This document shows positions 1-14,519 of a DNA stretch of 64,000 bases, in pieces. The stretch covers positions 50,530,001-50,594,000 of the forward strand of contig OZ024751.1 of NCBI GenBank assembly GCA_964016885.1. The letters are read 5' to 3'. Position 1 is the first letter of the stretch. Every line of letters begins with the position of its first letter. Below the pieces are notes generated by a model, which was given only the letters and a program-made list of their open reading frames with translations, ran no database searches and was not told where the DNA came from. The DNA is from Eledone cirrhosa. Lineage: Eukaryota. Both the position numbers and the translations under genes were made by a program.

Positions 1-94
1 CACTGGGGGTAATTGCTGGCCTTGTGCCAAAAGTAGAAACAATTATTTTGTGGCTTGGTTCTTCATTCTATCTGGTGTTGGTCAGATTAAATGA

Positions 95-510
95 TGCTAT
101 CACCATCATCACCATCACCATCACCATCATCATCACTATTACCATCTTCACCACTGCCATCATCACTATCATCATCATCATCACCATTATCACTATCAGC
201 ATCATTACTACCATCTCTATCACCTTCACCATTAACTCTATCATCACCATTACCATCATCATCAGCATCACCACCTCCGTCATCACCATCATCATCACAC
301 TATCACCATCACCAGTATGACCATCATCATTATAATCCCCATCAAGATCATCATCATCGTCATCCTCATTGTTATTATAATCATCATCATCATCAATATT
401 ACCATTGTCATCAACACAATCATTGCCCTCATTATAGTCACCAATACCATCATCACCACTATCATAATCATCACCATCACAACCACCACCACCATCATCA
501 TCATCATCAT
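95..510. repeat. (CAT/CAC)n low-complexity microsatellite tract
   Basis: Imperfect catcat/caccat repeats; source of the poly-I/T/H pseudo-ORFs. Confidence 0.9.
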
Positions 511-1139
511 ACCTTTACTTTCCTTACTTTCATATATGAAAGAACAAAAATAAGGAAGATTTAGAAATTGCATTTTATGTGGGTTTATTGTAAGGAGGAA
601 GTGATGGGAGGGCAATAAAAGTTAAAATAAAACAATGGTGTTCACAGAAATTCTAGATTAGAAAGGGCAAGGTTAAAAAAAAAGTTTAATTATTCGATAA
701 ATTAATTCCATTAATATATTCGTTAAATTAATTCCAAGAATATTAAATTAACCGAAAGTGGATTTCTCTGAAGAAATAAAAAAGAATTACCAACACAGAG
801 AGAAACCTGAGAAATGTTGTGGGTGTCTGTTCAATTTATGTATTTATTTATAGAGCCTGAGGTGCTGAGACAATGGAGACCACGAGGCATGGGAGTAGCC
901 ATTTCAGAATGTCAGACACATGATTCTGTTTTTTTTTATGCATCCTATCTGATGTTATTTACTCAGTACTGAGCATCTCCAGACAATGTTTTATTTGCTC
1001 TATATGCAAATGAGCAAGCAAGAAAGCATATAAGCTGTAGCTTTTTCTTGTGTCAGTACAGAGTGAGTCAACATTATCAATAAATAGATGTTGTAAATAT
1101 ATATGTTTGATGTTATTAGATGTAGATTTATGTTTGATA

Positions 1140-1368
1140 TTAACCCATTAGCATTTAAACTGGCCGTATCCGACCAGAATTCTCATATCTGTTTCTGTTC
1201 AAAACGGCCGTAATTGGCCACTCATACTGATGTTAAAATATTGTTCTCAAAATAAATAATATCAAAATCTCATAGATTCAATATTACGTGAGATAATTAT
1301 GTGAGGTAAAGTCTTTACCATGAAAATATAAAAGTAAATATAGAGTAATGTAAATGCTAATGGGTTAA
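1140..1368 (+). mobile_element. TTAA-flanked MITE (piggyBac-like), family A
   Basis: ttaa|cccattagcatt ... aatgctaatggg|ttaa terminal inverted repeats, no ORF; five more copies in the window. Confidence 0.8.
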
Positions 1369-1647
1369 GCTGACCTATAAGCAAAGGCACTCTCACCATG
1401 ACCATCTTGTCATTTTAGCAGTATGTAGGACCATACTATTTAACGTTGGGAAATTCAACTGTTAGTTTTAGTAAATCTAGTGACTAAATAGACACTCCTC
1501 CCTTGTTGGTTTGTGTGTTAACTAAGTTTGTTGTTTAGATAACTTAAATGTCAGATATTTCTGGAGTTAAGACCTGTTGATTAGCTTTAATTCTCTGTAT
1601 CTGTCTTCTTGAAGATACAGTAGTTGATGTCACTGTGCTGTACAGCT

Positions 1648-2281
1648 AAACTTCAGTTGTGTCTACTTTAGATATGTTATTGTACCACTAAACTTTAGTT
1701 GTGTCTGCTTAAGACACAATAGTCTTGTTATTGTACCACTAAACTTTAGTTGTGTCTGCTTAAGGACACTAATCTTGTTATTGTACCACTAAACTTCAGT
1801 TGTGTCTGCTTAAGGACACTAATCTTGTTATTGTACTTCTAAACTTCAGTTGTGTCTGCTTAAGGACACAATAGTCTTATGTTATTGTACCTCTAAACTT
1901 CAGTTGTGTCTGCTTAAGGACACAATAGTCTTATGTTATTGTACTTCTAAACTTCAGTTGTGTCTGCTTAAGGACACAATAGTCTTATGTTATTGTACCT
2001 CTAAACTTCAGTTGTGTCTGCTTAAGGACACAATAGTCTTATGTTATTGTACTTCTAAACTTCAGTTGTGTCTGCTTAAGGACACAATAGTCCTATGTTA
2101 TTGTACCTCTAAACTTCAGTTGTCTGCTTAAGGACACAATAGTCCTATGTTATTGTACTTCTAAACTTCAGTTGTGTCTGCTTAAGGACACAATAGTCTT
2201 ATGTTATTGTACTTCTAAACTTCAGTTGTATCTGCTTAAAGACACAATAGTCTTATGTTATTGTACCTCTAAACTTTAGCT
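1648..2281. repeat. Minisatellite, 54-bp unit (50-bp units at left edge), about 12 copies
   Basis: Unit aaacttcagttgtgtctgcttaaggacacaatagtcttatgttattgtac(c/t)tct. Confidence 0.95.
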
Positions 2282-2925
2282 GTGAACTTAGTTTGGAAAT
2301 CTGTCACTGTGAGTATCTACTTTCATGTTTTTCTATTAACTCTTTGACACCAACACACCTTGGTATTATGATACAAAATCTTCATCTGAATAGGTTCAAC
2401 GCCTATTATAGTCTATGACAGATATCTTGCTCATACGTTGTAATATGATCCATATTTTGGCATGACTTTTACAGCTGAATGCCCTTCCTAACATCAACCT
2501 GTAGACCGGGTAGTACCAACCTCTGTATGGAGTAACATGAATCTATTTAAGAATGTTCATATTGAAGTTAAAAACAATTCCATCACTATCTATGTGAAGA
2601 CCTTTTGTTAAATTATGAACCAAACACTGGCTTAATATACCAGTCAATAAAAGATTAGATATTTGACTGGGTTAATATTTTACTGGTTTGATATTTTACT
2701 GGGAAACACCTTCAGCACAAACCTAGAAAAAGATATAAAGACTGTATAAAAAAAACAACCTTAAGGATCTACATATTGGAGTTCAGAACTGGGAAGTGCT
2801 AACTTTAAAGAGGGTTGAATGGAGAGGACATGTGAAGGAAAGTTAGAGAAATTTTGAAGAGAGATGTCTCAATGGCAATCATCTGCAAAGATCAAGCAAT
2901 CACCATGTGTGTGTGTGTGTATGTA

Positions 2926-2994
<69 letters not shown>

Positions 2995-3643
2995 ATGGAT
3001 GTAAGGTTCTATACAAAGCAGGGGTTATAGAGAAAAGGTGAATTCGGTTTCATTCGGGAGTAATCATAGTTAATAAGGTACTCAATATATTAGTAGAGTG
3101 TAAACATCAAATTTAAATATAGAAATGGCTTCTGCAGGACTAGAACTGTTCGATTCAAACTTTAGAATGAAACAGTTCTAATCCTGTAGAAGCCATTTCG
3201 GTAATTTTTTTAGGTTGTCTCCATTGATTAAAAAAAAAACAAAAAACAATTAGTCGTTTAGTTTACATATTGAGAGCCCAACCCATCCTATTTATTATAT
3301 AACATATGGTATTTCTAGTAATGTACTTTGGGGGGGGGGGGGTCATGTATGTATATTTTTTAATGTATAAAGAAATTGAAAATAAAATTTCGCCAGAGAT
3401 AGATTAGCAACATTTAATAAGCAGGAGGTGAGGTGAAATAACAGCGGAGGGTTGGAAAAAAATCTGAAAAATTAATAAGCAGTGAGGAGGGGAGGTGATT
3501 ATTCAAGACCCTAGAGTAAATCTCTGGAATGGAAAAAAATGGACATTAGCCATACAATCTGTTATTATTAGACTATTTTCTTTAATCAAAAATACAATGA
3601 AGTTACTAATTCGATTCAGTTTTCATGTGTATATATATATGTG

Positions 3644-3678
<35 letters not shown>

Positions 3679-3819
3679 ATGTGTGTGTGTTGGACAAGGC
3701 AATAAGGAACGAATATCTCAGGCAGCTTCTCACATTTGCTACTCACTCCTCATCCCCTCTCTCTCTCACACTCTGGCTCCATTTCTTTATCCACCACACT
3801 TCTTTATTAACCCCCCACC

Positions 3820-4225
3820 CCTCTCTGTAGCTCCCCCTCTGTCCACTACCCCCTCTCTATCTACATCCCTTTCTCTGTAGCTCCCCCTCTCTATCCACCA
3901 CCACCTCACTGTAGCTCACCCCTGCTCTACCCACCACTCTTCTCTAACCCCCCCCCCCTTATCTGTCCACCTGCCTCTCTGTCCACCACCACCTCACTGT
4001 AACTCCCCCCTCTCTGTCCACCACCACCTCACTGAAGCTCCTCCCTCTCTATCCACCACCTCACTGAAGCTCCCCCCCATCTGTCCACCACCACCTCACT
4101 GTAACTCCCCCCTCTCTGTCCACCACCACCTCACTGAAGCTCCCCCCCCCATCTGTCCACCACCACCTCACTGAAGCTCCCCCCCCCCCATCTGTCCACC
4201 ACCACCACCTTACTGAAGCTCCATC
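3820..4225. repeat. Degenerate C-rich minisatellite (~37-40 bp)
   Basis: Repeats of ctgtccaccaccacctcactg(a/t)agctccccc. Confidence 0.8.
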
Positions 4226-4704
4226 CTCTCACTCTCCCTCTCACTGTTTTTTTTTTTACAAAAGACCTCTTTGTCTCTTTCACCTTGCTAACCTTACTAA
4301 AGTGCTATCATTGTTATTGTAAGCCTGTTATTCCTGTATTGCTTTACTATATAACTATATATACTGTGTACTATACTTACCTACCTACCTAGCAGGCTTT
4401 GCCTTCTCTTGCAGATCACTTACATCAGCATACACACACACACAAATAGACATATGCACACAATCGTGTACATAGTGCACACACACACACACACAGAGAG
4501 ACGTATGCACACAATTGTGTACATAGTGGATATATACATATAAGTAATGTGCGCGGCTGTTTATACATCTGTGTTTCTATACACATACATACACTCGTAA
4601 ACAAATTCACACATACACATATGTACATACATAGGGCACACATACATACACATGTATCAAATTATACACCCACCATTCATTTATTATTGACCTTATACCA
4701 CCTA

Positions 4705-4901
4705 TCAGTGTGTGTGTGTGTGTATATATATATGTATGTGTAGATATAATATGTACATATATATATTTATATATACATATATACATATATATACATGTAT
4801 ATATATATATACATATACATATATATACATACATACATATATATATATGTATATATGTATATATATATATATATGTATATATGTATATATATATATATAT
4901 G

Positions 4902-4960
<59 letters not shown>
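4705..4960. repeat. (TG)n/(TA)n microsatellite
   Basis: Directly visible. Confidence 0.9.
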
Positions 4961-5544
4961 CAGTGTATCATCATCATCATCATCATTATTGTTTAACAAC
5001 AATTTTTTCATGCTTGCATGGGTTGGAGGATTGTCAGGTTATGAGACAAGTCAGGTCAGGTGACCATGTCTTGCTCACATGGATCTGTATTTTGGTCTGG
5101 TTTCTATGACTGGATGTCCTTCCCAACTCCAGCCATGTTACAGTGTGAAATGGTTCTTTTTTATTGAGGCACTAAAACACTCATCTAACTTGGGGGGACT
5201 CGGTGCTTTTTCAAAGTGTCACCAGCACAGTCACCACCTTATTGAGTGGGCTGAGTACTTTGTTTTTCTTGTGTTGCCAGCATGACCACCTTACAGCATG
5301 GACTGGGTGCTCTAGTTGTTGGCACCAGATTACCATACAGGGTGGACTGAGTGCTTTTTTGTTGGGGCAGCAGCAATATGGGAGAGAGTGTCCAGCTTTT
5401 CATGCTTGTATGCATGGGTTGGACAAAAAAGGGGTATATCAAAGAGGAGGAAGATGAAAGTTGGGAGGAAAGAATGAGTATACAAATTGGCAATAGACAC
5501 GGTGAGCGGGATATTTAGCTGGTGAGGAGGTGTCATCTCCTTTG

Positions 5545-6170
5545 AGAGGTTTAATTGTGCAAGGTTAGCTTTTATCACTTCATCCCAAGCTTTCCTAAAT
5601 CTTCCTCTTCCTTAATTTTCATCAACTTTGAGCGTCCTGCACCTTTTTATGGATATATCATCTTCCATATGCATCACCTATCACATATCCACACCACCAT
5701 GATCTCCTCCCCTGCACACTGCATCTGGCCCTTCTTATGCCTAGTTTATCTCTCACTTAATTGATGCTTTATTATTCATGCACACTACTATTACATATCC
5801 ATTGAAGCATGCAAGCTTCAATTCTTTCCAATCTTTGTAGGTCCTCTGCACATAGTGCCCAGGTCTCATTTCCATCCCGTCCTCACTCTGGCTACTCTAT
5901 TTTCAGACCACACTCACCTTCACTGCTAATTTGGTCACCTAGGCAACAGAGATTATCAGTTACTTCTACAGAACCCTCTGTGCATTTAATAGACTTTGTT
6001 TGCTGCTTATTACTCCTGTGTATCGACCACGTATGAAACCTATGCTCTTCGTTAGTCTGCCTGAGATCCCACTACACCCCTTGTGTACCCATATTTTGCA
6101 TTTGGAATATAGGATGGAATTTTTACCTACTCCTTTCCTACCCACTTAGCAGGACCTTGTTTTACTTGCG
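5545..6170 (-). mobile_element. Degenerate RTE-clade LINE remnant (3' part of RT)
   Basis: Reverse strand gives broken matches to GVGKNSI / HKGCSGIS / LGDQISSEG motifs homologous to the 46-49 kb LINE. Confidence 0.65.
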
Positions 6171-6798
6171 TTGAATGATGATGATGATGTAATTGATGAC
6201 AAAAAAAAATTAACAATTTTTGTTCATAATTATAAAATTAAAGAGAAACTAGCAACTTATAAAAAATCAGTGAATATTTATTATTATTTTTTTTATGTCT
6301 AATACTTTTTCGGCGTTATTTTACAAGTACAAGACTAGTAATTGTTTATAAAACCTAGTTATTCAATAAATAATTAACCCTTTGGCTACCATGTATTTTT
6401 GGCTACCATGCAAAAAATCTAACCATTGTTGAAATAACTCAATGTTAAAAATGGTGCACAACTTTTGTAGAACATTTTTAACATTGAATGAGCAAGTGTG
6501 TGGAAAATTAATGAAAGATAAAGCAAGTTGGCACTTTCCCGCCAATACTTCCAACTTGTTGCCAACCATTGTTGTCAGCTTGCGTGTTAGGTACTTGAGA
6601 CACTGTTCGGGAACTGATTTGTTCCAGATGAAAGGGTTCGTCAACTGAGGTTCCACTGTATATATGTACATAGCTGTTTGTGTGTATACATAGTGAGGTG
6701 TGTATGTATGTGTATGTATCATCATCATCGTTTAACGTCCATCTTCCACGCTAGCATGGGTGTGCATGCACACACACACACACACACACACACAACAT

Positions 6799-6839
<41 letters not shown>

Positions 6840-7048
6840 CTCGCTCTCGCTCTCTCTCTCTCACACACCTGTTCCGTTATTGAATCAAACTCACAACTCT
6901 GCTAACCAGCTATTGTTCTATGTGTACACACACACACACACACGCTAATTTAAAGTATCCTAACGTATAGTATGTATGATGAATATGTTTCTCAGCAGAA
7001 AAGTTCAATGGACATTTGTCTAGAGCATTAATAGTTCAAATTAAAAGT

Positions 7049-7154
<106 letters not shown>

Positions 7155-8454
7155 TTGTTATAGAAACATAGTATTTTGTACATATATATGAAGCATATAA
7201 TATTTTGGAAAAAGTACATACTTTAAGGTGGAAAATAACTTTTATAAAATAACAAATATATATATATAAGTTTATGGAGAATCTACAGAATGAATATCAA
7301 GAAGACCACAAATCAGGCTCCTTGATGCATGATAAGATGTACAATGGGTATATTGAAAAGGTAAAAGCTCAACAGTGAGCCCACCCATTTTAACTTGTTC
7401 CCACAAGTCATAGTACTGTATTACATTTTAGGATGATCTTACTAATGCGGTTTCTTGTGATACAGGACTTTAAGAGTTAATATAGCAAGAATTTTATTTT
7501 GTTAAAATTACAACCTGAGTGAAGAGAAAAACTTTATAGTGTGCATATCATCATCATCATCGTTTAATATCCATATGTTTATGTCTATATAATACATGGC
7601 ATATAATGTACTTATTCACATGCGAATATATTATATATGTTTACATGTGTATATATTACATGATGTGTATATAATATATGATATATAAAATATATGTTTT
7701 TTATGTGTATATCTATAAAATCTCCATAATCAACATCTTATTTCTCTTTTTTTGTCTTTTTTAGGTAAGTGGTACATTTTCATACTTTAAACTCTTTGGT
7801 CTATTCCAGTTCAGGTATTTATGTATAACTATATATATATATATATATATTTATGTATTTACTATTAATAAACAAAAGTAACTACAAGAAGAGTGCTGTA
7901 CACCACCTTAGGCAAGCATCTTTTACTATATCCACAGGGTGATTAATGCCCTCTGAGTGAAATTTGGTTGATGTAAACTGTGTTGAAGCCTATTATATTT
8001 ATATGTATGATAAGAAAGGCATTTTTTTTTTTATGAAAGAGGCCCTTGTTAATAGACATAAATCAAGTATTAAGAAGAAATCTGAACTACATGAGGCTGA
8101 CTGGTTATTATGACACATGTCACAGTTCCACCAACAGTTAGTCATACAACAAAGAATAGCTTGTAGGAACAAAATGCTCCAGTGTTTCTTCTTCCTTCAT
8201 TTGAAAAAGATGTTTTAACCTTGAAATATTATGAAATATAGGCTATAAACTATTGTTTTATTTTATCATTCTTACTTTACACTACTCTAGTTCCACCATT
8301 ATATTTCCTATTCACATTGTACCAGCTTTCCCAATACATTCTTAATTACACATCTCACAATGCCTCATATAAACTATACTTATAAATGTATGTAGGTGTG
8401 TCTGTATGTCTATATATGTGTGTGTGAGTGTCTGTCTGTGTGTGCTTGCCTCTG

Positions 8455-8488
<34 letters not shown>

Positions 8489-8576
8489 CAGGGGCAAACA
8501 AACAGACACTCATACTTATATACCCTGTGAGTGAGCAGGTGAAACTCCAGAATAACAAGACTCACTACATAGCTAT

Positions 8577-8629
<53 letters not shown>

Positions 8630-9278
8630 GGCTAGTAAGCCACAATAGACTAGGTGAGGTATCTAATATTCCTTACTATTAATAAACAAAAAATTGAGAT
8701 ACAGAGAGAGGAAATAGAAAAGAAAGAGAAGAGAAAACAAAGTAAAAAAAAAGCAAAGAATAAAAAAAGGTAAAAAAAAAATTGGACAGCTATAAAGCAG
8801 CTGTTTATTATAAAATCTTTATATTTATCTAAAACCCTTCCATCATAATTTTACCTAAGAACCTTTAAGTTATGTTCCAAACACCAAATTAATGAGAAAT
8901 TTAGCTATGTTGCTAAATCCCTCTAAATCCTTCATTATTTTCAAAATTATTTGAAAATCATAGACATTGTCTTTCGTTAGATACTTGGTAACCATAGATA
9001 CATAGTAGCCAAAGATACGTTGTAGCCAAAGGTTTGATTATTTATTGAATGACTAGGTTTTATAAACAATTACTAGTCTTGTACTTTTTACTTTTTCCTT
9101 CCTCACCATTCCTTGATTTCTAATGACTTCTTGTGTCATAGGGTCCCTCTTAAGTCCCCTAGTCCCTGGAGAAGGATGGAGATGTCCACTTTGGGAATCA
9201 TTGTAGTAAAAGAATAAAAGTACATCATCATCATCATCGTCGTCATCATTATTTAACACCTGTCTTCCCTGCTTGTGC

Positions 9279-9716
9279 AAGTTGAACAGGTGTTAAAAGT
9301 CAGTCAATATTCCCTGCTAGCAAGAGTTGAACAGGTGAGTCAGTCTTCTCTGCTTGTAAGAGTTGAACAGGTGTTAACAGACTGAGCCAGTGTTCCCTGC
9401 TCACTAAGAGTTGAACAGCTGTTAACAGACTGGGCCAGTCTTCCCTGCTAGCAAGAGTTGAACAGGTGTACACACATTGAGCCTGTCTTCTCTGTTACCA
9501 AGAGTTGAACAGGTGTTAACAGACTGAGCCAGTCTTCCCTGCTAGTAAGAGTTGAACAGGTGTTAACAAACTGAGCCTCTCTTTTCTGCTACCAAGAGTT
9601 GAACAGGTGTTAACAGACTGAGCCTGTTTTCCCTGCTAGTAAGAGTTGAACAGGTGTACACTGACTGAGCCTGTCTTCCTGGCTAGCAAGAGTTGAACAG
9701 TTGTTATCAGACTGTG
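9279..9716. repeat. Minisatellite, 47-bp unit, about 9-10 diverged copies
   Basis: Unit aagagttgaacaggtgttaacagactgagccagtcttccctgctag(t/c); spacing 9501 to 9548. Confidence 0.9.
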
Positions 9717-10274
9717 TCAGTACTTAAGCAGAGCGACAGGCCTCTTAGATGGGATGGGGTCCTGCATCCCTTTTACACTTGCTCTTGTTCTCTCCCAACT
9801 CCCATTTAGTTGTGGTACCAACAGTTGGTAGATTGTCATAAATTGACACATCTGAACAATCTGTCTGACCCATTATTTGGCAGGTTTTCTATGGCTGGAT
9901 GCCCTTCCTATCACTGGCACGATATTGAGAATTTAGTTTGAATCTGCAAATTATTTTCTCCCACATTTTCTTCTTCACATTTTTCACATTTCTCGACTTT
10001 ATTTTATTTTATTTTATTTTATTTTAGAAGATGGATGTCTTTTTGGTGTTTGGTTTTGTTTGCTTTTTTCTTTTCTTTTACTGCTGTCCCCCTTTCACCC
10101 ATGCTTTCTTATCAGTGCTCACTTATTATTTCCCCCATACAACCCCTAGTTGTAATTATAAGACCAGATTCCAATTATCTTATCAACTGGGCCAACACCC
10201 CACTTATACTCACACTCATACAACACACACACATACACACACTTCTAGCCACTGGTATCCTTGATTAGAAGTGA

Positions 10275-12370
10275 GGTTGGTGGTGATGGTAGAGATGGTG
10301 GTGGTAGTGTTGGTGGTTATGGTGGAGGTGGTGGTGATGGTAGAGATGGTGGTGGTTATGGTGGAGGTGGTGGTGATAGTGGTGGTAGTGTTGGTGGTGA
10401 TGGTAGAGATGGTGGTAGTAGTGGTGGTAGTGTTGGTGGTAGTGGTGGTAGTGTTGGTGGTTATAGTGGAGATGATGGTGGTAGTGGTGGTAGTGTTGGG
10501 GTGATGGTGCAGATGATGGTGGTGGTGAAGTGATAGATGGCCATTACCATCAACATCACCACCACCACCATCAACAACACCTCTACCACCATCAATGACA
10601 TCACAACCGCCATCAGCAACATCTCGACCACCATCACTACCACCACCCCTAACAACATCACCACCACCATCAACAACACCTCCACCATCTACAACACAAC
10701 CGCCATCAGCAACATCTGCACCACCATCTACAACACCACCACTACCACCATCAACAACATCTCACCACCACCACCATCAACAACATCTCACCACCACCAT
10801 CAACATCACTACCACCACTATCACTACCACCACCACTAACAACATCACCACAACCACTATCACCACCACCACCACCACCATCATCACCACAACCACTATC
10901 ACTACCACCACCACCACCACTAACAACATCACCACAACCACTATCACCACCACCACTAACAACATCACCACCACCACTAACAACATCACCACCACCACTA
11001 ACAACATCACCACCACCACTAACAACATCACCACCACCACTAACAACACAACCACTATCACCACCACCACCACCACCATCACTAACATCATCACCACAAC
11101 CACTATCACTACCACCACCACTAACAACATCACCACAACCACTATCACCACCACCACCAGCACTAACAACACCACCACCACCACTAACAACATCACCACC
11201 ACCACTAACAACATCACCACCACCACTAACATCATCACCACAACCACTATCACTACCACCACCACTAACATCACCACAACCACTATCACCACCACCACCA
11301 CTAACAACATCACCACCACCACTAACATCACCACCACCACTAACATCACCACAACCACTATCACCACCACCACCACCACCACCACCACTAACAACATCAC
11401 CACTACCACTAACAACATCACCACAATCACTATCACCACTAACAACATCACCACAACCACTATCACCACCACCACCACTAACAACATCACCACAACCACT
11501 ATCACCACCACCACAACCACTATCACCACCACAACCACTATCACCACCACCACAACCACTATCACCACCACAACCACTACCACCACCACCACCACTAACA
11601 ACATCACCACAACCACTATCACCACCACCACTAACATCACCACAACCACTATCACCACCACCAACAACAACATCACCATCGCCACCACCACTAACAACAT
11701 CACCACCACTACCATCATCAACCATGGAGACTACAATGGACAGGAAGCTGAATGAAATCACTTTACTCAATAGATCAATAACAGTTATTGCTAGAGCTGT
11801 TAATTGCTCTTACATATACTTTACTTCTTTACTTTCTTTACAAAATCTATTTTGATATCGTCAATGGACTCTGGTGGTGTTGTGGTGGTGGTGGTGGTGT
11901 TGTGGTGGTGGTGGTGGTGGTGGTGATGTTAGTGGTGGTGGTGGGGTTGGTAGTGGTGTTAGTGGTGGAGTTGTTGGTGGTGGTGGTTGTGGTGGTGGTG
12001 GTTGTGGTGGTGGTGGTTGTGGTGGTAGTGTTAGTGGTGGAGTTGTTGCTGGTGGCAGTGGCAGTGTTGTTGTGGTGATGGTGGTGGTGGTGGAGTTGTT
12101 CATGGTGGTAGTGGCAGTGTTATTGTTGTGGTGGTGGTGGTGTTAGTGGTGAAGTTGTTGTTGGTGATGGCGGTGGTGGTGGTGTTAGAGGTGGAGTTGT
12201 TATTGTTGTAGAGGTGTTGGTGGTGGCAGTGTTGTTGTTGTTGTAGTACTAGTGGTGGTGTTAGTGGTGGAGTGGAGTTGTTGGTAGTGGCAGTAATGAT
12301 GTTATTGTTGTAGTGGTGGTGGTGTTAGTGGTAGAGTTGTTGGTGATGGTGGTGTTGGTGGTGATGATGG
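10275..12370. repeat. Alternating (GGT)n / (ACC-AAC)n / (GGT)n low-complexity tracts
   Basis: G-rich 10275-10530, C-rich 10545-11720, G-rich 11872-12370. Confidence 0.9.
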
Positions 12371-12594
12371 ATATTAAAACATGTGGACATCGGTGGGTAA
12401 GAAATTTGAAAATACCCCCTCCCCCCACTGTTATTAGAACATTGAGACCTGAATAGGGTAGAATAAATTAGAACAGAACATATGACATGTCCCTAATTAA
12501 TCTAAGGCTGTTCTTAATTCTTTATAATCGTAAGAGCTGCTAGTGAGTTTGAGTTTTATGGCATGGTTTTAATTCTGAGATTTCATATATAGCT

Positions 12595-13109
12595 GTACTG
12601 GTTAATGTTCAGAACCATCTTCAGCATACTCATGTAACACCCAGCTACCATCTGAGTGAGTCTCTTGGTAAGTGTCCAAGTCTCAGACCCATACAGCTGC
12701 ACAGACTCCACTGAAGCGATGAAGTGATGGATCTTCAGGTCTTTATGAAGGTTTGATTTCTATACTGCCTTCAAACTGTGACCCAGGCCTTGCTCTTCCT
12801 CTCAACTACATCATCGTCTGTGTTCCTAATCTTTGCTACTAAATACAGGAAGTCCTCCAGCTCAAAAGTGACACAGAGGAGAGTGAGGTTAGCTGGACAT
12901 GCTCGCTGACATTCAGAGCTGACACTGCACTCAGTAGTCTTGTGGGAGCCCTTACACGGACACACTAAAAGAGGGAGACCAAGGATGACATGTTGATGCC
13001 CTAAGGACATACACTGGTCTCTGGGAGACACAGGACATAGTGGCGATGATGAACGACAGAGACCGCTGGAGAGAACTCGGCCATGTATCTTGGGGAATTT
13101 AACCAGCTC

Positions 13110-13170
<61 letters not shown>
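12595..13170 (+). mobile_element. 5'-inverted, truncated RTE-like LINE running into a (GATA)n tract
   Basis: 12595-12863 is antisense (ELEDFLYL...VESVQLYGSETWTLTKR); 12859-13110 is sense (KVTQRRVRLAGH...LWEPLHGHTKRGRPR). Same family as 15033-15485. Confidence 0.8.
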
Positions 13171-13171
<1 letters not shown>

Positions 13172-13357
13172 CAGCTGTTGTCACTTCTCTGACATTTGCT
13201 AATGAATACCCTTAGCAGTTAATATCAACATCATGTCATCCTCATCATCAATTAATGTTAGCTTTCCCTGCTAGTTGGACAGATTGTCAACAGACTACCT
13301 AAGTTGCGAGGGTGGTAGTGGTGGGGTCCTTTCATAAATACTGTTTGCAACTTTGTG

Positions 13358-13392
<35 letters not shown>

Positions 13393-14519
13393 GTGTTTAA
13401 ATACAAATAAAAAATATTTGGCTGAAATAATCCAAAGCATTACAAATACAGTGTAGCATAGTCCTGGAACCATAGGTATTATAACAATATGTTTTTATGC
13501 CCTCAACAAATAGATTAACTACTGCCTTTAAATTACCATTCCTAAGGGACAACAAGGGGCATCTTATAGGCGTTAGAATTACAGCCAACTAGTAGATAAC
13601 TATAAACATATGTTTCACACATGTGAAAGTCATTAACATATATTTACATATAGCTCTAATATTTATGTAGAGTGACTATTGACATGACTAACTCGCTCTA
13701 TATCTTCTTCAGTCATTTGCCTCTGTATATGTCTGCACGTGCCTTTATGTGTGGGTGTATGTATGCACTGGTATGTGTCTGTTTGTAACTTTTGCGAATT
13801 TCAAACTTGGAACGAGGTTTGACCAATAAGTCGCTGGTGAGTTTTTCCTACCCAAATCTGTTTTTAGAAAGAAAAAAAAGACTGTGACTTTTAAATATAT
13901 CCAGTGCGTTTCCGAAATGATTCATAACAATGCGGAAAATCACTATTAAACTTACACATTTTAAGGACTTTATCCTTATCTATAGGCACCATTTAGTCGG
14001 GTTCCTGCTTGAGTTAATAATAGATTTTATCCACTACTAGTAATTTTATTTTTATCCCAGTCAGCTTTAAATTTGTACCATTTATTTTATCTCTGTCTCT
14101 TTCTTTCTAACTCCCTCTCTCTTTCTCTCTCTAACACTCTCTCCCTCTCTCTTTCTCTCTAACTCCATCTCTTTCCCTCTCTCTCTCCCTCTCTTTTTCT
14201 CTCTCCTCTCTCTCTCTATTCCTCTGTGGTTGGACACTTCTGTAAGTGTACACTGATTAATGAATTGTTGACTACTACACATCTTAACCAATGTCTTGCT
14301 TCTCCCTCCTCTCACCCACTTTACCCTCCTCTCACTTCACCACCTTCACCTTTAACTAACTGCCTGTCTTGTTTTACATGAAGGCCAAGGTCAACCCTTG
14401 TGGCAATTGAACCAAAGAGTCCAAACTAAATTCTATTTGGCATTAAATGTTGATACTCCGCCTTATTCACGTCTCTCTCCGTATATATATATATATATAT
14501 ATATAGATATAGATATATT

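Noticed and set aside
6520-6660. Pogo/Tigger-like transposon end (gaggttccactg|ta)
   Set aside because: Only one terminus is recognisable; not enough to annotate an element.
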